Shown piece by piece: positions 47,479 to 55,837 of a stretch of 64,000 nt of DNA. Origin of the DNA: an uncultured Actinomycetes bacterium. GTDB lineage: Bacteria; Actinomycetota; Acidimicrobiia; IMCC26256; DASPTH01. The translations under genes and the position numbers were made by a program. Every line of letters begins with the position of its first letter. Position 1 is the first letter of the stretch. Below the pieces are notes generated by a model. It had not been told where the DNA came from and ran no database searches. It was given only the letters and a program-made list of their open reading frames with translations. The stretch covers positions 423,257 through 487,256 of the forward strand of contig CAVVPD010000002.1 in the NCBI GenBank assembly GCA_963750045.1. The letters run 5' to 3'.

Positions 47479-48113
47479 CAGGTTCCTCCCTCCAGCCCGG
47501 CGACCACGAAGTCGACGAGCATCCCTGCCCGGACGCGCAACTCGTCGGGGAGCGTGACGACCCGGGCCCCCGGCGTGGGCGCGGGGGTGCGCAACCCGAC
47601 GATCACCATCTCGATCGCGAACGCGAACCGCGCTGCGAACACCGCCTCGGGGAGCGCGGGCAACGAGTTCCGCGCGAGTCGTTCCCAGTCACGCTCGTCG
47701 TCTGCGAATTTCGCCATGAAGTCGAGGGCCGGCGACCGGGCGAGCCACAACGCATGCATCAGGTCGAGCCAGCGCTGCGCGTCGGGGCCGTCGGCCTCGA
47801 CGAGCGCGACGTTCGCGAACACCAGCGACTCGACCACGTCGCGCACGCTCGGCGGCGCCGGCGCCGAGCGCAGCGCGTCGAGCGCCTCCTTGCGGCGCCG
47901 CGAGAGGTCGGTCCACCGGCGGGCGATCACCTCGCCGATCAGGCCGTCGCGTGAGCCGAAGTAGTAGTGGATCGCGGCGCCGTTCTGCCCGGCGGCATCG
48001 GTGATGTCCCGGACCGACACCCCGAGCCCTTCCCGGAGGAACAGGTGCTCGGCCACGTCGAGCAGGCGGGCCTTCGTGCTCGACGTCCTCGTCCCCCCGG
48101 CCACGGGTTGCAC
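47478..48113 (-). CDS. TetR/AcrR-family transcriptional regulator
   Basis: ORF 47478..48113 (211 aa, GTG start): ..TKARLLDVAEHLFLREGLGVSVRDITDAAGQNGAAIHYYFGSRDGL.. Confidence 0.9.
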   Translation of the reverse strand: MQPVAGGTRTSSTKARLLDVAEHLFLREGLGVSVRDITDAAGQNGAAIHYYFGSRDGLIGEVIARRWTDLSRRRKEALDALRSAPAPPSVRDVVESLVFANVALVEADGPDAQRWLDLMHALWLARSPALDFMAKFADDERDWERLARNSLPALPEAVFAARFAFAIEMVIVGLRTPAPTPGARVVTLPDELRVRAGMLVDFVVAGLEGGT

Positions 48114-48130
48114 CCTACCGGCGCTTCGTG

Positions 48131-48159
48131 CCAGAGTTCAAACACTGTTTGAACTCTGG
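48131..48159. promoter_or_regulatory. Candidate TetR operator: perfect 29-nt palindrome CCAGAGTTCAAACA-C-TGTTTGAACTCTGG
   Basis: 14-nt arms around one central base, AT-rich. It lies in the 49-nt spacer between the TetR start (48113) and the divergent SDR start (48163). Confidence 0.6.
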
Positions 48160-48162
48160 GGG

Positions 48163-49116
48163 ATGACCGTGGCGGACCTGCGATTCGACGGCAAGGTGGC
48201 GATCGTCACCGGGGCTGGACGTGGACTCGGGCGGGCCTACGCCCGGCTCCTCGCGGCGCGGGGATGTCAGGTCGTGGTCAACGATCCCGGCGTCACCACC
48301 AACGGGCAGCCACAGAGCGAGGGTGCCGCCGACGAGGTCGTGGCGGAGATCGTGGCCGCGGGGGGCGCAGCCGTCGCCGACCGCAACAGCGTGATCGACG
48401 GGGCCGACGCCATCGCCGGCCACGCGTGCGAAGAGTTCGGCCGCATCGACGTCGTCGTCAACAACGCGGGCATCTCCGGCGGCGGCGCGTTCGACGAGAT
48501 GCCCGTCGCCGATTTCGACCGGCTCGTCGACACGCACTACGGCGGCGCGGTACGGGTGAGCCGGGCCGCGTGGCCCCACCTGAAGGCCGCCGGCGCGGGC
48601 CGGATCGTGAACATGTCGTCCGCGTCGGTGTTCGGCACGCCCTTCACGAGCCACTACGTGTCGAGCAAGGCCGGGATCTTCGGGCTCACCCGGGCCCTCG
48701 CCGCCGAGGGCGCCTTCTCCGGGATCGGCGTCAACGCGGTGATGCCCGCCGCCTTCACCCGCATGACCGCGCAACTGCCCGACGAGGACGGGTTCCGCAC
48801 GTTCCTCGAGACGTACTTCCCCCCCGAGAAGGTGGCCCCGTTCGTCGTGTTCCTCGCCCACGAGAGCAACATCATCACCGGCGAGACCTTCTCGGTGGGC
48901 GCCGACCGCGCCGCGCGCGTCTTCCTCGCCGAGTGCCCGGGGGTCCTGGGCGACGGCACCCCGGAGGGATTCGCCGACCGGGTCGACGAGCTGCTCAGCG
49001 TCGAAGGTTGGGAGATCCCGTCGGACATGATGGACGAGGTGCGTTACTCCTCCGACCACCTCGGTCCCGATGTCGCCGCGGCCTATGCACGCGTGGCGGG
49101 CCGCTCCACGTCGTGA
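48163..49116 (+). CDS. Short-chain dehydrogenase/reductase (MFE-2/Hsd4A-type dehydrogenase-like)
   Basis: ATG 48163: MTVADLRFDGKVAIVTGAGRGLGRAYA..VVNNAGI..FTSHYVSSKAGI.. Confidence 0.88.
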   Translation: MTVADLRFDGKVAIVTGAGRGLGRAYARLLAARGCQVVVNDPGVTTNGQPQSEGAADEVVAEIVAAGGAAVADRNSVIDGADAIAGHACEEFGRIDVVVNNAGISGGGAFDEMPVADFDRLVDTHYGGAVRVSRAAWPHLKAAGAGRIVNMSSASVFGTPFTSHYVSSKAGIFGLTRALAAEGAFSGIGVNAVMPAAFTRMTAQLPDEDGFRTFLETYFPPEKVAPFVVFLAHESNIITGETFSVGADRAARVFLAECPGVLGDGTPEGFADRVDELLSVEGWEIPSDMMDEVRYSSDHLGPDVAAAYARVAGRSTS

Positions 49117-49749
49117 GCGCGTTCGAAGCGGTCCTGTGGGACTACGGCGGCGTGTTCACACCATCGCCCTTCGGCGCTGCGCACGCGTACGCGCGCGCGC
49201 AGGGCGTCGACCCCGACGTGATGGTGCGGATCGTGTTCGGCGCCTACGACGCCGACACCGACCATGCATGGCACCAGCTCGAACGCGGTGAGCTCACCTT
49301 CGTCGACGCGCTGCACGCGCATCTCGGCCGACGCCGATGCCGCCGGCTTCCGCTTCGACACCGGCGAGATGTTCAGCGGCATGGTGGCCGACGACGTCGA
49401 CCGCGAGGTGGTGATCGACGCAGTGCGTCTCGTCCGCGGTCGCGGGTTGCGGACCGCCATCGTGACCAACAACATCCGCGAGTACGGCGACGCCTGGCGC
49501 GCCCGGCTGAACATCGACGAGCTGTTCGATCTCGTCGTCGACTCGTGCGAAGAGGGCGTGCGCAAGCCCGACCCCGTGATCTTCCACACCGCGCTCGAAC
49601 GCCTCGCGGTCTCCGATCCCGGACGGGCGGTGTTCCTCGACGACTTCGGCGGCAACATCGCCGCGGCGCGGGCGCTCGGCATGCACGGCATCCTCGTCGG
49701 ACCTGACCCGCGGCCCGCGGTCGAGGAGCTGCTCGCGCTGCTCGAGTGA
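49113..49749 (+). pseudogene. HAD-superfamily hydrolase (subfamily IA-like); frame break near 49316-49321
   Basis: GTG 49113 overlaps the upstream stop (GTGA): VSAFEAVLWDYGGVFTPSPF..ELTFVDALHA. The frame of ORF 49264..49749 then continues (ISADADAAGFRF..TAIVTNNI..DSCEEGVRKPDP..VFLDDFGGNI..). Length is 3n+1. Confidence 0.82.
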
Positions 49750-49855
49750 CCCGCACTTCCGCGGGCGCGCCTGCACGCCGGCCCGTCCCGCCACGAGGTA
49801 GACATGGCTCGAGAAGCGTCACGAACCTTCGGAGGTTCTCCTGCTCGTCACGTTC

Positions 49856-50773
49856 GTGCTGCTCGTGCCGGCCCTGCTGCTCGGCGCGTGGCTCGGGGTG
49901 CTGGTCCGCCGGCACCCCGGCATCGACCGGGCGTCCGCACGGCACGCCCGCGGCGAGAAGCACTCGGCCGAGGCGACGCGAGGTGCGCGCTTCCTGGCGA
50001 AGTTCGGTCCCGCGACCGACACCGGCCTCCTCCTCACGCTCGCGCTGAGCGTGGTGGTGGTCGGCGGCGCGGTGCTCGGCACCCTCGGGCTGCTGGTGCG
50101 GTCGAACTCGAGCTTGCTCCGCGTCGACCGGTCGATCGCGCCATGGGGCGAGCAGCACATGACGAACTTCTCCCGATGGGCGGTCGACCTCGTCACCTCG
50201 CTCGGTGGAACGATGATCATCTTCGGTACGACGCTGGGCGTGTTGGTGTTCGAGATGCTCCGACGACCGAGCCGCTGGCTCCCGGTGTTCCTCGCCACGG
50301 TCGCGATCGGTCAGACCCTGTTGAGCGGCGAGATCAAGTCGCTGGTCGACCGCGTCCGGCCCACCATCAATCCGCTCGCGCACACCCTCGGGCCCGCGTT
50401 CCCCAGTGGTCACACCACGGGCGCGGCGGCGTGCTACGCCGCGTTCGCGCTGGTGCTCGGACGCGGCCGGTTGCGCGACACGCAGGCGGCGCTCGCCGGC
50501 GCCGCGGTCTTCCTGGCCGGTGCGGTCGCCGCGTCACGCGTGCTGCTCGGCGTCCACTGGCTCACCGACGTGCTCGGCGGACTGGCGCTGGGCTGGGCGT
50601 GGTTCGCGCTCTGCTCGATCGCGTTCGGTGGTCGTCTGCTGGGGGCCCCTCGACCTGGCCTCTCGAAAGGCCGGTTCTCCCCACGTTCGCCACCCCGAAA
50701 CGAACCGGAAACGGCCGTCGGTCAAGGTTCGAGCATGAACGGAACCCGGCCCGCGAGTGGGGAGCAGGCATGA
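49856..50773 (+). CDS. PAP2-family (type 2 phosphatidic acid/lipid phosphate) phosphatase, membrane protein
   Basis: ORF 49856..50773 has all three PAP2 motifs: KSLVDRVRP, PSGH, SRVLLGVHWLTD. It has several TM helices. The start is uncertain because the TM-like sequence continues upstream of GTG 49856. Confidence 0.88.
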   Translation: MLLVPALLLGAWLGVLVRRHPGIDRASARHARGEKHSAEATRGARFLAKFGPATDTGLLLTLALSVVVVGGAVLGTLGLLVRSNSSLLRVDRSIAPWGEQHMTNFSRWAVDLVTSLGGTMIIFGTTLGVLVFEMLRRPSRWLPVFLATVAIGQTLLSGEIKSLVDRVRPTINPLAHTLGPAFPSGHTTGAAACYAAFALVLGRGRLRDTQAALAGAAVFLAGAVAASRVLLGVHWLTDVLGGLALGWAWFALCSIAFGGRLLGAPRPGLSKGRFSPRSPPRNEPETAVGQGSSMNGTRPASGEQA

Positions 50774-51429
50774 GCAGGTACCGGTTGCGGGTGGAGCTCC
50801 CGGATCTGCCCGGCGCGCTGGCCAAGGTCGCCACCGTGATCTCCGAGCTCGACGGCGACCTGGTGTCGGTCGACATCCACGAGCTCGACGGCCATCGGGC
50901 CGTCGACGAGCTGGTCGTGGAGGTCCTGACAGAGCTCGACGGCCGCGTGCTCGCGGCTGCGCTGCTGGAGGCCGGCGCCGGCGCGTTGCTCTCCTGCGCA
51001 CCCGCCGCGGCGAGACGCGAGCCCGTGCTCGACGCCCTCGGATGGGCCCGGGAGATCGCCGAGACCCCCGACGGCGGAACCCTCGGGCGGGTCCTGGCGT
51101 CGGCGTGTCACTCGTCCAAGGTGTGGGTCGCCCCCATCGACGACGCACGCGAGGTGCCGGTCGGTCGTCTCGCGCTGGCCCGCGGCGCGCCGTTGGTCCA
51201 ACGCTCCCACGATCTCCCCGCACCGCTCGGCGGAAGACCGGCGTCGCCCATGTGGTTGCTGGCGGTCCCCGACGGGCAGCCGCACACTCGCAGCATCGCG
51301 TTCCTGGCGCGGCCGGGATCCCTCCGGTTCACCGCGTCGGAAGTGGCCCGGATCGACGCCCTGATGGGCCTCTCCCGCACGCTGGCGGACGGGATCGCGC
51401 GACGCGAGCATCCGGCCACCCGTCAGTAG
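50770..51429 (+). CDS. ACT-domain protein with uncharacterised (possibly GAF-like) C-terminal half
   Basis: ATG 50770 overlaps the PAP2 stop (ATGA): MSRYRLRVELPDLPGALAKVATVISELDGDLVSVDIHELDG.. is an ACT pattern. 219 aa. Confidence 0.75.
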   Translation: MSRYRLRVELPDLPGALAKVATVISELDGDLVSVDIHELDGHRAVDELVVEVLTELDGRVLAAALLEAGAGALLSCAPAAARREPVLDALGWAREIAETPDGGTLGRVLASACHSSKVWVAPIDDAREVPVGRLALARGAPLVQRSHDLPAPLGGRPASPMWLLAVPDGQPHTRSIAFLARPGSLRFTASEVARIDALMGLSRTLADGIARREHPATRQ

Positions 51430-51442
51430 CCCGCGTCCCGGA

Positions 51443-52270
51443 TCACTCGTCACCCGACATCGCGCGGTCGATCTCGTCCCACCGCGCCGTCTCGCCCTCG
51501 CGGGTCTGACCTCCCGCGTCGAGGAATCGCCGCATCCGGTCGGTGTGGTGTCCGCCCGCGGTGAGCGCGCCGAACGCGTTGGTCTCCTCGACCAGGGCGG
51601 TCGTGCACGATCCCAGCGAGGCGTCGACCACCCGCTTGACCGCGGCAACCGAGGCGGGGGGCATCGAAGCGATGCGCCGGGCGACCCGGCGCCCGGTCTC
51701 GTGGAGTTCGGCGTGGGGCACGACCGCATCGAGCCAGCCGATCCGCAGCGCCTCATCGGCACCGACGTCGCGGCCGGTGAGGATCACGTCGAGGGCCCGG
51801 CTTCGCCCGAGCAGATGGGGCAGGCGCGCGGTCCCACCCGCGCCCGGCAGGATGCCCATCCCCACCTCCGGTTGGCCCAGGACCACCCGCTCGCTGCCGT
51901 ACCGCAGATCGAGCGCTGCGAGGAACTCGGCGCCGCCGCCGCGCGCCGCGCCGTCGACCAGTCCGATGGTGACGAGGGCGCTGCGCTGCATGCGCTCGAA
52001 CAGCGCGGCCGCGACATTCGGGGTGTCGACCGGCGTGTACGGACCCGCCGAGATGGCGAGGATGCCCTGCACGTCGCCGTGCATCAGGAAGAAGTCGGGA
52101 TCGGCGCTCGAGAACAGGACGACGCGCGCAGCGTCGTCGTGTTCCAGGGCGTCGAGGAGCGCGGCGAGCCCCGCGATGAACGCGCCGTCGACGAGGTTGG
52201 TGGGCGGGTGGTCGATGACCACTTCCGCGATCCCTGCGGACCGCTCGGCGCGGAGCGGGCCGAAGTCCAT
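51443..52270 (-). CDS. Enoyl-CoA hydratase/isomerase family protein
   Basis: ORF 51443..52270 (275 aa): ..IAEVVIDHPPTNLV..VVLFSSADPDFFLMHGD..TIGLVDGAARGGGAEFLAALDLRYGS.. Confidence 0.85.
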   Translation of the reverse strand: MDFGPLRAERSAGIAEVVIDHPPTNLVDGAFIAGLAALLDALEHDDAARVVLFSSADPDFFLMHGDVQGILAISAGPYTPVDTPNVAAALFERMQRSALVTIGLVDGAARGGGAEFLAALDLRYGSERVVLGQPEVGMGILPGAGGTARLPHLLGRSRALDVILTGRDVGADEALRIGWLDAVVPHAELHETGRRVARRIASMPPASVAAVKRVVDASLGSCTTALVEETNAFGALTAGGHHTDRMRRFLDAGGQTREGETARWDEIDRAMSGDE

Positions 52271-52392
52271 GACTCGGGATGTCTAGCAGGCTCGTCATCC
52301 CCCGCCCACCGCTCGACGGGAACTGCCCGGAGCGGCTTCGTCCGGCACCGCGCCCGGGCGACGTTCGACACTCCGGGCTCCGCGCGGCGAGG

Positions 52393-53166
52393 ATGAGGCC
52401 GGCACGTGATCGAACCGGAGGAATCGTGGCCTACGGAGACCGAACCAAGCCGAGCAGCGTCGAGTCGTGGCTCGAGCAGCGTTTCCCCGGGTACCGCTAC
52501 GGCTCGGTGTTGGTGCTGCTGGCCGCGACGTTCGTGGTGATGGCGGCGGGACCGCCGGACGCTTGGACCCGGGTCCTCACCGTGTTCCTCCAGGGACTCA
52601 CCCTCCTCGCCGCCCTGCTGGCGTCACGGGTCAGCCGCCGGCTCTTCCGGATCGCGGCGATCGTGGCGCTGCTCTCGCTGTTGACGTCCGTGACGTCGGT
52701 GATCGTGAGCTCTTCGCCCGACCCGTCGAGCGTCTTCTTCCTCCTCAATCTCCTGCTCGTCGCGACCGTCCCCGTCGTGATCGCCCGAGCGCTGTGGCAG
52801 CGCGCGATCGTCGACGTCCAGACCGTGCTCGGTGCGGTGTGCATCTACGTCCTGCTCGGCATGATGTACGCGTTCGTGTACGCGGCGATGAACGGCCTGA
52901 GCAGCGGCGACTTCTTCGTGCAGACGAGCCATGCCACCACGCCCGACTTCCTCTACTTCAGCTTCATCACCCAGACGACGGTCGGCTACGGCGACTTCAC
53001 CGCGAGGGGCGATCTCGGTCGCGCCCTCTCGGTGCTCGAGGCGCTGACCGGGCAGCTCTACCTCGTGACCATCATTGCCGTGCTGGTGAGCCGGTTGGGC
53101 GAACGTTCCCACACCCCGGCGGAGGCCTCCGAGAGCCCCGTCGAGGCGACGGACGCAACTCCGTAG
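52393..53166 (+). CDS. Potassium channel (pore-loop TVGYGD) membrane protein
   Basis: The frame of ORF 52279..53166 has the selectivity filter FSFITQTTVGYGDF and several TM helices, with no RCK/TrkA domain. Start is ATG 52393 or GTG 52426. Confidence 0.85.
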   Translation: MRPARDRTGGIVAYGDRTKPSSVESWLEQRFPGYRYGSVLVLLAATFVVMAAGPPDAWTRVLTVFLQGLTLLAALLASRVSRRLFRIAAIVALLSLLTSVTSVIVSSSPDPSSVFFLLNLLLVATVPVVIARALWQRAIVDVQTVLGAVCIYVLLGMMYAFVYAAMNGLSSGDFFVQTSHATTPDFLYFSFITQTTVGYGDFTARGDLGRALSVLEALTGQLYLVTIIAVLVSRLGERSHTPAEASESPVEATDATP

Positions 53167-53169
53167 GCC

Positions 53170-54213
53170 TCACGCCTCCTGCGAGAACAGCCCGGCCTGC
53201 TCGTCCTCGGAGTCGGACGTCCCTTCCAGCAGATCCTTCTGGTCGAGGTAGTAGAGCAGTCCGAGCGACGGCAGGATGATCACCGCCGCGGCCAGGAACA
53301 CGATCACGACCGACCACAGCGTCGGGTCGGGCGCGGCCGCGGCCGACACCTTGAGGCTGGTGGGGAGGAGGTACGGCCACTGGGCCACGCCCCAACCGAA
53401 CACCACGGTCGCCACCGCACCCATCGCCAACGCGCGCGCTCCGTTGTGGTTGTCACGGACCAGCAGGACCAGCGATCCGATCCCGCAGATGGCGGAGAGG
53501 ATCACCAGCGCGAGCGCGCGCGACGTCAGGCCGTCGAAGACGTACCGGGCGTAGTCGTGGAGGACGAAGAATCCGACGAAGAGCACGAAGCCGGCGACGA
53601 TCGCGGAGCCCACCGCGCGCCGCCGGAAGTACTCGACCATGTCGTCGCGTCCGAGGCGGCGCGCGTCCCACACCATGTAGACGGCGGCGAGATACGCACA
53701 GGCGATCACCGCGAGCACCCCGCCGAGGACCGATGTCGGGTTGATCCAGCTCGACCACGGATCGCCCGCCTTCCCGCCCGCGGGAACGTGCCCAGACGCG
53801 ATGGCACCGGCGACTGCCCCCATGCAGAACGGCACCAGGACCGACGACGCGGCGAAGGCCGCACCGAAGTTGCGCTGGCTCGAGGTACGGGTCACCTCCT
53901 TGCGGAAGGCGAAGCTCGAACCCCGGAGGACGATGCCGAGCGCGGCGAGCGACAAGGGAACGAAGAGCGTGAGGGTGATCGACGCGAAGGCCTCGGGGAA
54001 TGCAGTCCACAGGACGACGAGGCAGAAGATCAACCACACGTGGTTTGCCTCCCACACCGGACCGATAGAATGGCTGATCACGGTCCGCGGCTCGGCTCCC
54101 CGCCGCGCCCTACCGGCCACGAGATCCCAGAACCCGGCGCCGAAGTCCGCGCCGCCGAAGAGCGCGTACGCCGCGATGCCGATCATGAGGATGACCGCGA
54201 CCACGTCGCTCAC
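53170..54213 (-). CDS. cydB: Cytochrome bd ubiquinol/menaquinol oxidase subunit II
   Basis: GTG 54213 overlaps the cydA stop (GTGA): VSDVVAVILMIGIAAYALFGGADFGAGFWDL..GPVWEANHVWLIF.. This is the last 347 codons of ORF 53170..55599. Confidence 0.92.
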   Translation of the reverse strand: MSDVVAVILMIGIAAYALFGGADFGAGFWDLVAGRARRGAEPRTVISHSIGPVWEANHVWLIFCLVVLWTAFPEAFASITLTLFVPLSLAALGIVLRGSSFAFRKEVTRTSSQRNFGAAFAASSVLVPFCMGAVAGAIASGHVPAGGKAGDPWSSWINPTSVLGGVLAVIACAYLAAVYMVWDARRLGRDDMVEYFRRRAVGSAIVAGFVLFVGFFVLHDYARYVFDGLTSRALALVILSAICGIGSLVLLVRDNHNGARALAMGAVATVVFGWGVAQWPYLLPTSLKVSAAAAPDPTLWSVVIVFLAAAVIILPSLGLLYYLDQKDLLEGTSDSEDEQAGLFSQEA

Positions 54214-55640
54214 GGGACCGCCACCTCTTCGCGTTCGTCGTGACCGATCGCGTCCGCGCCTCGCCGCGGCTCGTACGGGCCGCCACCCTCGATCTCTTCT
54301 CCACCCTCCCGCCAACGGCGGCTCATCGTGCGCAGGATCAGCACGAGGGTCACCCCAACACCGGCGTAGATGCCGAGCACCACGAGGAAGGTGATCCAAA
54401 CGCCCGTGTTGCCGGTGGCGGCCTGCTCCACCTTCATGTAGTTGCGCACGATCCACGGTTGGCGCCCGACCTCGGTGACCACCCACCCGGCTTCGAGCGT
54501 CACCACCGAGAGGGCACCGGCCGCCGCCGCGATCCAGAGGAAGAGCTTGCTCCGCGGCATCCGGCGCTTGAACAGCCACGTTGCGCCGTACCATCCGGCC
54601 AACAGGAACAGCAGCGTGGCCAGACCCACCATCACGTCCCACGCGAGATGCACCACGTTGACCTCGCCGTTGGTGGGTCGCTGGCTCGCGGGCACGGTGT
54701 CGAGACCCTGCACGACGGTGCTGGTGCCGGTGGTCGGGTCGGAGAGCCACGACGCGAGCCCGGGAATCGGGATCCCACCGACGACCTCGCCGTTCGAGTC
54801 GAGGTGTCCGAGGATGGTCTCCGGCACGTCGCTCGACGTCTGGGGCACCATCTCGATGGCCGCGAACTTCACCGGCTCGTTGTTGTAGACCCACCGCGCG
54901 ATCTCGTCGCCCACGAGCATCTGGAAGGGCATGGCGATCGCCGCCACCGTGAACGGGATGACGAGGCCGAGGCGGTGGTAGCGATCCCGGCGTCCGCGCA
55001 ACATGCCCACCGCGTACACCGACGCCACCAGGAAGCCGCCGACGAGATACGCGGCGATGAGCATGTGCAGCGCCTGGAGCGGCATCGCCTTGTTGAAGAT
55101 CACCCCCCACGGGTCGACGTCGACGATCTTGCCCGCCGAGTTCAAGGTGAAACCGGCAGGCTCGTTCATCCACACGTTCGCGGCGACCACCGAGACGGTG
55201 CCGCCGATCCCCGCGACGACCACCGGGACCCCGGTCCAGAAGTGCGGCCAGGGCTTGAGCCGCTTCCAGCCGTAGATGTAGATCGCGATGAAGATGGCCT
55301 CGAGGAAGAAGAAGAGCCCTTCGACCGCGAACGGGATGCCGAAGGCGTCGCCGAAGCGACCCATGAACCGCGGCCAGAGGAGCCCGAACTCGAACGTGAG
55401 CACCGTGCCGGTGACCGCGCCCACCGCGAACGTGACCGCCATGTACTTCGACCACCGCTGGGCCAGAGCCAGCGCATCGGCGTCGTCGTGCTTGATCGCC
55501 CGGTAGTTCGCGATCAGGGTGATCGCGCCCCAAGCGACCCCCAGCGGCACGAGGACGATGTGGAAGGCGAGCGTGAACGCCATCTGCGAGCGCGCCCACG
55601 GAACCGGGTTCACTGCCAGCAGCGTCGTGAGCGCGTGCAC
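54210..55640 (-). CDS. cydA: Cytochrome bd ubiquinol/menaquinol oxidase subunit I
   Basis: ORF 54210..55640 (476 aa): ..MAFTLAFHIVLVPLG..FAVEGLFFFLEAIF..KFAAIE..EVGRQPWIV.. GGAGGG lies upstream of the GTG start. Confidence 0.93.
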   Translation of the reverse strand: MHALTTLLAVNPVPWARSQMAFTLAFHIVLVPLGVAWGAITLIANYRAIKHDDADALALAQRWSKYMAVTFAVGAVTGTVLTFEFGLLWPRFMGRFGDAFGIPFAVEGLFFFLEAIFIAIYIYGWKRLKPWPHFWTGVPVVVAGIGGTVSVVAANVWMNEPAGFTLNSAGKIVDVDPWGVIFNKAMPLQALHMLIAAYLVGGFLVASVYAVGMLRGRRDRYHRLGLVIPFTVAAIAMPFQMLVGDEIARWVYNNEPVKFAAIEMVPQTSSDVPETILGHLDSNGEVVGGIPIPGLASWLSDPTTGTSTVVQGLDTVPASQRPTNGEVNVVHLAWDVMVGLATLLFLLAGWYGATWLFKRRMPRSKLFLWIAAAAGALSVVTLEAGWVVTEVGRQPWIVRNYMKVEQAATGNTGVWITFLVVLGIYAGVGVTLVLILRTMSRRWREGGEEIEGGGPYEPRRGADAIGHDEREEVAVP

Positions 55641-55655
55641 GGGACCGGTGCCCTC

Positions 55656-55778
55656 CTACTCGTCGTCGCCGTCGAGTCTTCCCGTCTCTTCGTACCGGCG
55701 CCGTTGCTTCTGCGCGCCGAAGTAGGCGACGACGCAGAGGATCGCTACGAAGAAGAAGATGCCGATGCCGATGTACAC
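55656..55778 (-). CDS. Small single-helix membrane protein (40 aa), candidate bd-oxidase accessory peptide
   Basis: Hand translation gives VYIGIGIFFFVAILCVVAYFGAQKQRRRYEETGRLDGDDE then TAG. GTG 55778 has GGGAGG 6 nt upstream. The stop lies 15 nt before the cydA start. The ORF is below the ORF-track length cut-off. Confidence 0.5.
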   Translation of the reverse strand: MYIGIGIFFFVAILCVVAYFGAQKQRRRYEETGRLDGDDE

Positions 55779-55837
55779 GAAGGTCCTCCCGGGGCCGCGC
55801 GATCCGTCCGGTTCAGCGCCGGAATTCGGTCACGCCG

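Noticed and set aside
54214-55599. Upstream part of the 809-codon ORF 53170..55599
   Set aside because: It is out of frame over cydA and Arg/Gly/Pro-rich. Only the last 347 codons (cydB, GTG 54213) are credible.
55519-55725. 68-codon plus-strand ORF overlapping the small cydA-upstream ORF
   Set aside because: It is Ser/Pro-rich with no start-site signal. It is antisense to a better-supported hydrophobic ORF that has a strong Shine-Dalgarno sequence.
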